From the IMG/VR virus record IMGVR_UViG_3300017786_000059, positions 1 through 34,098 of that record: a stretch of DNA of 34,098 nucleotides, one strand, 5' to 3'. A program made the position numbers and the translations under genes. A model generated the notes under the pieces. That model worked only from the letters and a program-made list of their open reading frames with translations. It had not been told where the DNA came from and did no database searches. Shown piece after piece: positions 1-6,397 of the stretch (positions are counted from its first letter, which is position 1; each line of letters opens with the position of its first letter). The DNA comes from a virus.

Positions 1-123
1 ATCAGCCACTTGCTCCCCGGTGGCTGCTCCATACTGTGACAGATGCCGCAGCACTTTCAGGCGCAGCCCGGTTACACGCGGCGCCACCTTCTCCGCTGCT
101 TCAACCTCAGTATCTGCAGCGCC
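1..123. repeat. Terminal direct repeat, copy 1 (identical to 33976-34098); circular-closure overlap
   Basis: Base-by-base comparison: atcagccacttgctccccgg...tatctgcagcgcc occurs at both window ends. It lies inside an open reading frame on the minus strand. Confidence 0.95.
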
Positions 124-156
124 ACGGTGGTGCATCTTTTTAATGTCAACTTGCAT
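1..156 (-). CDS. 5' part of the junction-spanning winged-helix protein gene (same gene as 33817-34098); 124-156 is the only non-duplicated part
   Basis: The minus-strand frame is open from ATG at 156 (MQVDIKKMHHRGAADTEVEAAEKVAPRV..., AGGAAA 6 nt upstream) into the repeat. It is in frame with the track ORF 33817-34062. An alternative coupled start is the ATG at 273 (TAATG overlap). Confidence 0.6.
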   Translation of the reverse strand, partial: MQVDIKKMHHRGAADTEVEAAEKVAPRVTGLRLKVLRHLSQYGAATGEQVAD

Positions 157-272
157 TTGGTTTTCCTTTCTCACAAATATCACCCTGTCGCGTTCTCCTT
201 GCCAGCCGGTCATCGGGTGCCTTGTCCAACCAGCTGGTGTTTCATCGCGTGCTTTGCCATACCGGCAAATCA

Positions 273-446
273 TTACCACTCCCCTTTCGCGGGTTCATAC
301 GGAATGAACAGGCAGTCCAGGGTTTCCCATGTGCCGTTCTCATAATAGACTGTCTCGCCGCAGCCAATCATTAAATTAAGTAAGGCCAGCCCGATAACCA
401 GGCTGACCACTATAACTAATCCTACTGCAAACAACTTGCTCAACAT
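273..446 (-). CDS. Small (57 aa) putative lipoprotein / membrane protein
   Basis: Hand translation: MLSKLFAVGLVIVVSLVIGLALLNLMIGCGETVYYENGTWETLDCLFIPYEPAKGEW. It has a charged N-terminus, a ~20-aa hydrophobic core and a lipobox-like MIGC. TAATG overlaps occur at both ends. It is below the 60-aa track cutoff. Confidence 0.55.
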   Translation of the reverse strand: MLSKLFAVGLVIVVSLVIGLALLNLMIGCGETVYYENGTWETLDCLFIPYEPAKGEW

Positions 447-730
447 TATATCACCACATAATCAGTAAGTTTCACATTGCCGGCTTTCTTCAGCTTGTCA
501 CCCACAAGCTCATAGAACCCGACAAGCTCCGGCGCTCCGTACCGCGTGGCCTTGCAGACGGTGATATATGGGTTCAGGGTTTTGCCCTCTGCTGCCCACT
601 TCTCACCCCACACTTCTAGCTTCCGGGCGGCCACATAGCCTACATCCTTCAGCGTTTTGCAAAGCGGGAAACCAATCGTCCATTTGCTGCCATCTTTATG
701 AGTACATGGCCACTCTACATAATACGTCAT
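446..730 (-). CDS. Hypothetical early protein (94 aa)
   Basis: Track ORF. ATGA overlap with the upstream gene and TAATG overlap with the downstream gene. No motif recognised. Confidence 0.65.
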   Translation of the reverse strand: MTYYVEWPCTHKDGSKWTIGFPLCKTLKDVGYVAARKLEVWGEKWAAEGKTLNPYITVCKATRYGAPELVGFYELVGDKLKKAGNVKLTDYVVI

Positions 731-1245
731 GCTGCGCCTCCTACGCCGTTTTTTGCCATACAGGCTATTGCCTTCGCATTTATCAAGCCGGTTATCTTGC
801 CCCCTATCTCGGCTTGCTCCGCGTCCTTCTTGGCCCGCTCTTCTGGGTCAGTAGGCCGCGCTTCCACTTTCCAGGTGACGTGCTTCATCACCTCATTCAT
901 GGCGTTTATCTTGCAGACCTGGGCTTTCTGCTGGTCGTTCAACTTGTCAAAGTCTAACCAGTCAAACACATCGGCCAACCGCTCCTCGCTGCAGTGTTTA
1001 CCAATGCCAGCCGTACCTAACTTGCCGTCCTCTGCCTGGGTCACAACCAATACCGCCTCATAGGTGCTTTTCTTAGGCTTGCACCATTTGCCAGTCTTGG
1101 GGTTCATTGTACAGGTAACAGTCCGATCACCATGCTTGGTAGTCTCGACCCAATACCGCCGCTGCGTTTTCATCCGAAAGCCCCAGGGGTAATTGTCAAC
1201 CTCTGCCGCTGTATCGAAACATTTTGCTTTGTAATGTATTTTCAT
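727..1245 (-). CDS. Hypothetical early protein (172 aa)
   Basis: Track ORF. Strong SD AAGGAGGAG ~7 nt upstream of the ATG, preceded by a sigma70-like promoter. Confidence 0.75.
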   Translation of the reverse strand: MKIHYKAKCFDTAAEVDNYPWGFRMKTQRRYWVETTKHGDRTVTCTMNPKTGKWCKPKKSTYEAVLVVTQAEDGKLGTAGIGKHCSEERLADVFDWLDFDKLNDQQKAQVCKINAMNEVMKHVTWKVEARPTDPEERAKKDAEQAEIGGKITGLINAKAIACMAKNGVGGAA

Positions 1246-1267
1246 ATCAACTCCTCCTTACACCCTT

Positions 1268-1296
1268 TATATAAGCACTCTATCACCCTTTGTCAA
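1268..1296 (-). promoter_or_regulatory. Predicted sigma70-type internal leftward promoter (TTGACA-N17-TATATA)
   Basis: The minus strand reads TTGACAAAGGGTGATAGAGTGCTTATATAAAGGGTGTAAGGAGG. The -35 is the complement of 1291-1296 and the -10 the complement of 1268-1273. It sits in the only gap of the leftward operon. Confidence 0.5.
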
Positions 1297-1646
1297 CCCT
1301 CTACCCGGTCGTGAATCGGAACCGCGCCGTAAAAGTCCTGGCCGGTCATCTTCTTGATAGCCTCACCAAACCGGCTATCGCTGCACGCTGCATAGTTACC
1401 GCCGAACATTGTCCACTTGCTGCCGTCAGCCCAGATGTTTGGAACTATCTTGGCATGGCCACCAGGCGTCAACTTAATGACCGCTGCCGGCGCATCAGCT
1501 GTCGGCTCAAACGGCCCGTCTGCGTTGATGATGGTCAACTTGTGAACACCAGTATCAGCGTTTGTGATGCCGCCATTGGTGCAGTCTACAACGCCCAACC
1601 AATCGTTTGTTTGCGTTGCCCGCAAAACGTCTACCCGAATACCCAT
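1293..1646 (-). CDS. Hypothetical early protein (117 aa)
   Basis: Track ORF 1293-1688. I place the start at the ATG at 1646 (MGIRVDVLR...) because of a GGAGG SD and a TAATG overlap with the upstream stop. Confidence 0.7.
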   Translation of the reverse strand: MGIRVDVLRATQTNDWLGVVDCTNGGITNADTGVHKLTIINADGPFEPTADAPAAVIKLTPGGHAKIVPNIWADGSKWTMFGGNYAACSDSRFGEAIKKMTGQDFYGAVPIHDRVEG

Positions 1647-1861
1647 TACTTTACCTCCACTTTTTCTGCTTCGCCGTACATGATACATTCAGCGCACGCA
1701 GTCTCCATGAACTCGCACTCTTCGCAGCCATCGACAGGCTTGTATTCATACTCAGTCTTTTTGTTTTCTGTGGTCATCTTTTTCTCCTCGATGATTAACT
1801 CTATGTCAGTCTGCCGCTCGCCGGGCTGGCTCTGAGCACCAATGTCGAACAAATCCCTCAT
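1646..1861 (-). CDS. Small acidic CxxC-N6-CxxC protein (71 aa), first gene of the leftward operon
   Basis: Track ORF with AGGAAA SD upstream. It has 19 D/E against 9 K/R, and Cys at 46, 49, 56 and 59 (CEECEFMETACAEC). Confidence 0.6.
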   Translation of the reverse strand: MRDLFDIGAQSQPGERQTDIELIIEEKKMTTENKKTEYEYKPVDGCEECEFMETACAECIMYGEAEKVEVK

Positions 1862-1872
1862 GTCATTTCCTT

Positions 1873-1935
1873 TTTATAACCAACCAACACCCTTTACAAT
1901 AATACCGATATCGCTAGTGTCAATAGTAATATCGC
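1873..1935. promoter_or_regulatory. Divergent control region: predicted overlapping rightward and leftward promoters plus ATATCGC repeats
   Basis: Plus strand: TTTATA (1873-1878)-N16-TACAAT (1895-1900). Minus strand: TTGACA (complement of 1918-1923)-N16-TATTGT (complement of 1896-1901). ATATCGC occurs at 1908-1914 and 1929-1935 (21-bp spacing), and the palindrome CGATATCG at 1906-1913. Confidence 0.45.
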
Positions 1936-1964
1936 AAAAAAATGCAAAAAAGGTGATTTTATTT

Positions 1965-2189
1965 ATGACAGCAAAACCAACAAGGCAGCGCAGCGCGAAC
2001 CTGGTGCCGTTTTTTATGCGGATGCCGCCGGCGCTGCGCAATGAAATTGAGACGCTGGCCCGGACGCAGAATAAAAGCCAGGCATCAATCGCAGTCGAGC
2101 TGATGCAGAAAGGCATGGGCGTGCATGGCACCGAGATGAAAGCAGCTGTCCAGGATTGGCTGGCCCGGAACCGGGAGCGGGTATCGTGA
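1965..2189 (+). CDS. Ribbon-helix-helix (Arc/CopG-like) DNA-binding protein (74 aa)
   Basis: MTAKPTRQRSANLVPFFMRMPPALRNEIETLARTQNKSQASIAVELMQKGM shows a beta-strand/helix/helix RHH pattern. It is the first rightward gene. I use the internal ATG of track ORF 1842-2189. Confidence 0.8.
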   Translation: MTAKPTRQRSANLVPFFMRMPPALRNEIETLARTQNKSQASIAVELMQKGMGVHGTEMKAAVQDWLARNRERVS

Positions 2190-2590
2190 AACAGGTTCAT
2201 GTAGTAATACCAGGGCAGCCAGTAGGCAAGGGCCGGCCCAGGTTTGGCAACGGCCGGGCGTACACGCCGGCCAAGACCAGGGATTATGAAAAGAAGATAG
2301 CAAGCGCAGCCTATATAGAGATGGCAGAGCTGGAGCCGGCAGCAACGCCGGTGCGTCTGGTTATACTGGCACAGTTTGAAATACCTAAATCATGGGCTAA
2401 ATGGCGCAAGGAAGCCGCTACAGTGGGCGCCTATCGACCAGGTAGGCCAGACATAGACAATATAGCAAAGGCCGTCCTGGACGCCTTTAACGGCATTGTT
2501 TATGTGGACGATGCCCAGGTTTATGATTTACAGATAAAGAAAACATACGGACAGCCGCTGCTGGTTGTGACTGCGACTTGGGATGAGTGA
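2186..2590 (+). CDS. rusA: RusA-family Holliday junction resolvase
   Basis: GQPVGKGRPRF...YTPAKTRDYE...RPDIDNIAKAVLDAFNGIVYVDDAQV is the RusA signature. The GTG start overlaps the RHH stop (GTGA). Confidence 0.9.
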   Translation: MKQVHVVIPGQPVGKGRPRFGNGRAYTPAKTRDYEKKIASAAYIEMAELEPAATPVRLVILAQFEIPKSWAKWRKEAATVGAYRPGRPDIDNIAKAVLDAFNGIVYVDDAQVYDLQIKKTYGQPLLVVTATWDE

Positions 2591-3056
2591 CGCAGCAGAA
2601 CACGCAGCCTGGCTGTATCGAGATTGCATAAGCGAAGGATGGGGCGTCTTTCGCATAGCAGAACACTTTACGTTTGAGGAAGGACGTAAGACATGGACAG
2701 AGCCGGAACTAATCCAGGCGATTGCCGCGTGGTTGGAGCATGAAGCCGCCAACGATACGCAGCAAAGACTTGAGGCGCTACAGCATACTGCCAATAGAAG
2801 CAGTACGCGACCCAGAGATAAACAGAACAACTGCGCTCTCAGTGCTGGCAGCCATCTGCAGCTACACAGACGAGCTGGGCAGAACATTCGTGAGCCAGGG
2901 CAGACTAGCATCAGACCTGGGAATATCACGCCAGGCAGTCAACCGGCAGATAAAGAAGCTGCTGGACAAGGGCTACATCGTACACGCACGCAAACAATAC
3001 AAAGACCAAAAGACAACAACGTTCAAAGTAAAGTACGGAGAGCAGCTCATGGATGA
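2583..3056 (+). CDS. Hypothetical protein; only the first ~60 codons look protein-like, the rest overlaps the initiator gene out of frame
   Basis: The ATG overlaps the RusA stop (ATGAGTGA). The N-terminus MSDAAEHAAWLYRDCISEGWGVFRIAEHFTFEEGRKTWTEPELIQAIAAWLEHE looks plausible. The tail is R/Q/S/P-rich and reads like frame noise. Confidence 0.4.
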   Translation: MSDAAEHAAWLYRDCISEGWGVFRIAEHFTFEEGRKTWTEPELIQAIAAWLEHEAANDTQQRLEALQHTANRSSTRPRDKQNNCALSAGSHLQLHRRAGQNIREPGQTSIRPGNITPGSQPADKEAAGQGLHRTRTQTIQRPKDNNVQSKVRRAAHG

Positions 3057-3570
3057 ACAAGAACAGCGCAGCAACCTATCTGCTAAAGAACAAATGGAAC
3101 TAGCGGAGAGAGAGCTAGGATTAACAGGTGCAACACCAGATGTTGCAGGTGCTAAAGGACAGGTGCAACATCAGAAGTTGCAGGCAGGTGCAACACTAGA
3201 GGTTGCGGGACGTGCAACATCAGAGGTTGCACTAAACGAGACACTAACGAGTAATAATAACGATATAAAGGGAAATGCGAGACAGTTATGTGAGTTGTTC
3301 CTCAGGGCTGCAGATGCCTACGGCACGCCTCGCGTATGGAATGACCGGGACTTTGACCTGGCTCAGAGCTGGGTCAGAGACGGCCTGGAGCTGCCACAAC
3401 TGGCAGAGATACTGCAGAACCACCACGACTATTGCCGCAGTAACGCCAGGGACTTCGCACGCGGCCTGGGATACTTTGCCAAGCCAGTAAGCCGGGCGCT
3501 CGGCAGCAGCAAGAACGTCCAGGTCAACAAGCTGCTGAAGCAGACAGCGTACAAAATGAAGAGGGTTTGA
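2740..3570 (+). CDS. Replication initiator (lambda O-like organisation: N-terminal wHTH, linker encoded by the iterons, C-terminal domain)
   Basis: RYSILPIEAVRDPEINRTTALSVLAAICSYTDELGRTFVSQGRLASDLGISRQAVNRQIKKLLDKGYIV is wHTH-like. Four iterons and an AT-rich tract lie inside the gene. Start is taken at ATG 2740 (track start 2722 is a TTG). Confidence 0.8.
   Translation: MKPPTIRSKDLRRYSILPIEAVRDPEINRTTALSVLAAICSYTDELGRTFVSQGRLASDLGISRQAVNRQIKKLLDKGYIVHARKQYKDQKTTTFKVKYGEQLMDEQEQRSNLSAKEQMELAERELGLTGATPDVAGAKGQVQHQKLQAGATLEVAGRATSEVALNETLTSNNNDIKGNARQLCELFLRAADAYGTPRVWNDRDFDLAQSWVRDGLELPQLAEILQNHHDYCRSNARDFARGLGYFAKPVSRALGSSKNVQVNKLLKQTAYKMKRV
3129..3231. repeat. Origin iterons: four 19-bp dyad-symmetric repeats TGCAAC-N7-GTTGCA
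   Basis: TGCAACACCAGATGTTGCA (3129-3147), TGCAACATCAGAAGTTGCA (3164-3182), TGCAACACTAGAGGTTGCG (3189-3207), TGCAACATCAGAGGTTGCA (3213-3231). An AT-rich stretch gagtaataataacgatataaag follows at about 3249-3270. Confidence 0.85.
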
Positions 3571-3819
3571 GCATGGATATACAACCAATGGTGCGCACAA
3601 CTTATGCGCTGTCAATGAAATCAAATAGTTACGCGGGGTCAACAGGGCTAAATCGCTTCCATAATGTACGTTATGCGACAAATACCACCGATAGGTTGCA
3701 AAATCCGCAGCAACTCGCGCAGCCGGCCGGCCAGACCGACCCCCTTGCCCCCCACCCTGCCCGCTGTGTGTGCGGGTGCTCACAGAAATATTTTCCGTTT
3801 TTTCATGGGGGTTGTGTTG

Positions 3820-4059
3820 ATGTCTACTGTTAAGATAGAGGGGATGGACAAGGCCATACTAGGTGTGGCTGTTGGTAGTAACTATGATAATCTGATGGTG
3901 TATAGCATTGAGAAGATTGTGGAAGAGCTGATGCGGCAGAACGAATGGACTGCTGATGAGGCTTGGGAATGGTTTGATTACAACATAGCCAGGAGTTGTG
4001 TAGGCTCGTCAGCTCCTATATTGGTTTATCAGGATTACGAGCTTTTATTGGAGGACTAG
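3820..4059 (+). CDS. Hypothetical small protein (79 aa)
   Basis: Internal ATG of track ORF 3664-4059 (MSTVKIEGMDKAILGV...) with GGGGG SD. The upstream part of the track ORF is P/R-rich noise. Confidence 0.7.
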   Translation: MSTVKIEGMDKAILGVAVGSNYDNLMVYSIEKIVEELMRQNEWTADEAWEWFDYNIARSCVGSSAPILVYQDYELLLED

Positions 4060-4314
4060 ATGAGTAAGAAGCGTTTTAATGTTAGCCAGGCGAAAGAGAT
4101 ACCTGGGAGAGACAAGCCTATTTGGTTAAAGCATGGTGTTGCTTTTCAGAGTGAGGATGGGAAGGTGCGCATCAAGCTGGAGAGTTTACCGCTGCCTAAT
4201 GCCGAGGGTGAGATTTGGTTGAATTTGTTTGAGGATGATGGTCAGGGTGCTCAGCAGCAGCCGGCGCAGCAGCCGATGGCGCCTGGTGGATTGGATGATG
4301 AGATAAACTTTTGA
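4060..4314 (+). CDS. Small protein with Q/P/G-rich linker and SSB-like acidic C-terminal tip (…GGLDDEINF)
   Basis: Track ORF. A ~58-aa beta-rich N-terminal part, then GQGAQQQPAQQPMAPGG, then LDDEINF at the C-terminus. Confidence 0.7.
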   Translation: MSKKRFNVSQAKEIPGRDKPIWLKHGVAFQSEDGKVRIKLESLPLPNAEGEIWLNLFEDDGQGAQQQPAQQPMAPGGLDDEINF

Positions 4315-4784
4315 TGGCAGAGGGTTCTGACAAGCGGCCGCCGATAGGGCGGTTCGGTGGTGTAAAGATGGTTCAGCGCCGTATAGGGCGTAGTGAGACT
4401 TTGCATCAGAACAAAGAGGCGGTTGCCCAGGAGCTTATAGCCCTGGGTACTGCCAACATTACGGATATTGTTAATCTGGATGGTAGTATCAAGCCGCTGG
4501 ATGAGATACCGGAGCACGCGCTGCGTGCGATTAAGAGGATAAGTGTGCGCGGTGATGACGTAACGATTGAGATGCACGACAAGGTGAGTGTGCTTCGCAC
4601 ACTTGCAAAAGCGTCTGGTATGCTGGATGCTGAACAGAACGAGGACAAGCCGAGCATTGTTGGTATCAACATGAAGGGGCCGGTCATAGAAGTGGAGGAT
4701 ACAGATGAAGGCGCCGTTCAAGAGAGAGGGCCTGGAGCTGATGAAAGCGATGCTGGAGGCGAAGGTGAGCGAACAGGAGATTAG
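4314..4784 (+). CDS. terS: Terminase small subunit (Terminase_2-like)
   Basis: ALRAIKRISVRGDDVTIEMHDKVSVLRTLAKASGML matches the C-terminal ...DK..AL..L.K..G. pattern of small terminases. It lies just upstream of terL. The ATG overlaps the previous stop (TGATG). Confidence 0.7.
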   Translation: MAEGSDKRPPIGRFGGVKMVQRRIGRSETLHQNKEAVAQELIALGTANITDIVNLDGSIKPLDEIPEHALRAIKRISVRGDDVTIEMHDKVSVLRTLAKASGMLDAEQNEDKPSIVGINMKGPVIEVEDTDEGAVQERGPGADESDAGGEGERTGD

Positions 4785-4890
4785 TTATCGCTTTGGCAAG
4801 CCGAAGGATAAGATAAAGAAGATGTTAAGGGGCGAGGTAAGGGCTGACCAGTATTTGGTAGAAAGTGTAAGGAAATTGAAGCGTGGCTGA
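4705..4890 (+). CDS. Small basic helical protein (61 aa), overlaps the terS tail and the terL start
   Basis: GGAGGA SD 5 nt upstream of the ATG. The sequence MKAPFKREGLELMKAMLEAKVSEQEISYRFGKPKDKIKKML is plausibly HTH-like. Confidence 0.5.
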   Translation: MKAPFKREGLELMKAMLEAKVSEQEISYRFGKPKDKIKKMLRGEVRADQYLVESVRKLKRG

Positions 4891-6397
4891 GACACCTAGT
4901 TTGGATTTGGACTTTTCGCAGAGTCCGACAGTATGGAAGTTTTTAAACGATGACGGATTCGTTAGGGGGCTCATGGGTCCAGTCGGAAGCGGAAAAAGCT
5001 ACGGATGTGCTGCTGAGATTATGTTGCGAGCTGTTAGACAGCGGCCATCCCCCAGGGATGGTATTCGATATAGCCGCTTTGTGGTTGTTAGAAATACATA
5101 CCCCGAACTCAGAACCACAACAATTAAGACTTGGCAGGAGCTTTTTCCTGAGTCTACATGGGGAGGCATGAGATGGCAGCCGCCGATTACACATCATTTA
5201 AAGCTGCCGCCCAGGGGTGATGCTGCTGGTATTGATTGTGAAGTGATATTTCTGGCCCTGGACACGCCGCAATCGGTGCGGAAGTTGCTGTCATTAGAGA
5301 TAACCGGGGCCTGGTGCAATGAGTGCCGCGAGCTTCCGAAGGCTGTTATTGACGGCCTTACCCACCGGGTAGGCAGATATCCGACAAAAGCTGACGGCGG
5401 GGCTACCTGGTATGGCATTTGGATGGACACAAATCCTCCTGACAACGACCATTGGTATCATACTGTTTCAGAGAAAGAACCCATAACGGGTAAATATGCT
5501 TGGAACTTTTATCGGCAGCCTGGCGGCGTATTACAAGCGAGCCCGGATGAGCTGCCGGAAAACCCGGAAGCCCAGGATTATATTCATAGTGCTGGCCGCT
5601 GGTGGCAAGTAAACCCGAAGGCTGAGAATAGAAATAATCTGCCGCCTGGATACTATCACCAGCTGCTTGGTGGTAAAAACCTGGATTGGATACGATGTTA
5701 TGCCGAAGGCAAGTTTACATTCGTTCAGGAAGGCCGGCCGGTTTGGCCTGAATATGATGATGAGCTGATGAGCGGTAACACGGAAGTTGACCCCTACTTC
5801 CCGGTACAGATTGGCGTTGACTTTGGTTTGACGCCGGCAGCTATATTTGGGCAGCGTACATCTGGTGGGGGCTGGCGCATCTTGGATGAGCTGGTGACGT
5901 TTGACATGGGGCTGGAACGGTTTGGCCAGGAACTGCTGGCCAGGATAGCTGAGAGATACAGCAAGTGTGAAATATTGGTGTGGGGTGATCCGGCCGGTAA
6001 TAAACGCGATGAAATTTATGAAGTAACGGCGTTTGACCATTTGCGTAGCCTGGGCTTCAAAGCGCAGCCGACAGAAAGTAACGCCTTCCAGGTACGCCGG
6101 GAGGCCGGAGCCTCGCCTATGTCCAGACTTATTGCCGGTAAACCTGGATTGATTGTGGACAAAAGATGCTTGCGATTGCGCAAAAGCCTGTCGGGCGGCT
6201 ATTACTTCAAGCGTCAAAGCCTAGGCGCCGGCCAAGAGCGGTTCAAAGATATGCCAGTAAAGAACGAACACTCGCATTGCGGTGATGCTTTCGGATATTT
6301 AATGCTGGGTGGTGGTGAGCAACGCAAACTGCGCGGCCGGGGCAACATGGCATCCGGCGGCATTTACACAGCAGATACGGACTTTTCGATAATATGA
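4883..6397 (+). CDS. terL: Terminase large subunit
   Basis: 504 aa. Walker A GPVGSGKS, followed by VVVRNTYPELRTTT. The C-terminal nuclease-like half contains GDPAG and HCGDAFGY. GTG start. Confidence 0.95.
   Translation: MAETPSLDLDFSQSPTVWKFLNDDGFVRGLMGPVGSGKSYGCAAEIMLRAVRQRPSPRDGIRYSRFVVVRNTYPELRTTTIKTWQELFPESTWGGMRWQPPITHHLKLPPRGDAAGIDCEVIFLALDTPQSVRKLLSLEITGAWCNECRELPKAVIDGLTHRVGRYPTKADGGATWYGIWMDTNPPDNDHWYHTVSEKEPITGKYAWNFYRQPGGVLQASPDELPENPEAQDYIHSAGRWWQVNPKAENRNNLPPGYYHQLLGGKNLDWIRCYAEGKFTFVQEGRPVWPEYDDELMSGNTEVDPYFPVQIGVDFGLTPAAIFGQRTSGGGWRILDELVTFDMGLERFGQELLARIAERYSKCEILVWGDPAGNKRDEIYEVTAFDHLRSLGFKAQPTESNAFQVRREAGASPMSRLIAGKPGLIVDKRCLRLRKSLSGGYYFKRQSLGAGQERFKDMPVKNEHSHCGDAFGYLMLGGGEQRKLRGRGNMASGGIYTADTDFSII

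Noticed and set aside
1-123. The 123-bp terminal repeats as genuine phage direct terminal repeats, LTRs or IS ends.
   Set aside because: The repeat sits inside a coding frame that is only complete when the ends are joined. There is no transposase and no inverted-repeat structure. An assembly overlap of a circular or permuted genome is the simpler explanation.
1862-1964. Canonical SOS boxes (CTGT-N8-ACAG) for the LexA-like protein in the control region, and in the 1246-1292, 3571-3819, 10063-10233 and 30889-31041 gaps.
   Set aside because: None found by eye. Only a CTGT-G-ACAG palindrome occurs inside coding sequence at 34-42, which is not a plausible operator.
3695-3714. GTTGC-N10-GCAAC inverted repeat resembling iteron half-sites, downstream of the initiator gene.
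   Set aside because: The half-sites are in the opposite arrangement and spacing from the four ori iterons. A single copy could be chance. It is noted as a possible auxiliary initiator site only.
3567-3833. An 88-aa ORF filling the initiator-to-3820 gap (MSMDIQPMVRTTY...CVCGCSQKYFPFFHGGCVDVYC).
   Set aside because: It has a plausible SD (GAGGG) but odd composition and no recognisable fold. It covers a region that looks regulatory, with hairpins, the GCCGGCCGGC palindrome and C-tracts. Left uncalled. It could be revisited with expression data.
5531-6217. Long antisense or alternate-frame ORFs in the track. Examples are 5531-6217(-), 15133-15738(-), 3286-3783(-), 4251-4721(-), 31944-32600(+), 33150-33614(+), 568-957(+) and 1290-1835(+).
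   Set aside because: Each lies wholly inside a well-supported gene on the other strand or frame. Their composition is skewed (R/S/C/L/P-rich), and they lack SD sequences and coupling. They are shadow ORFs.
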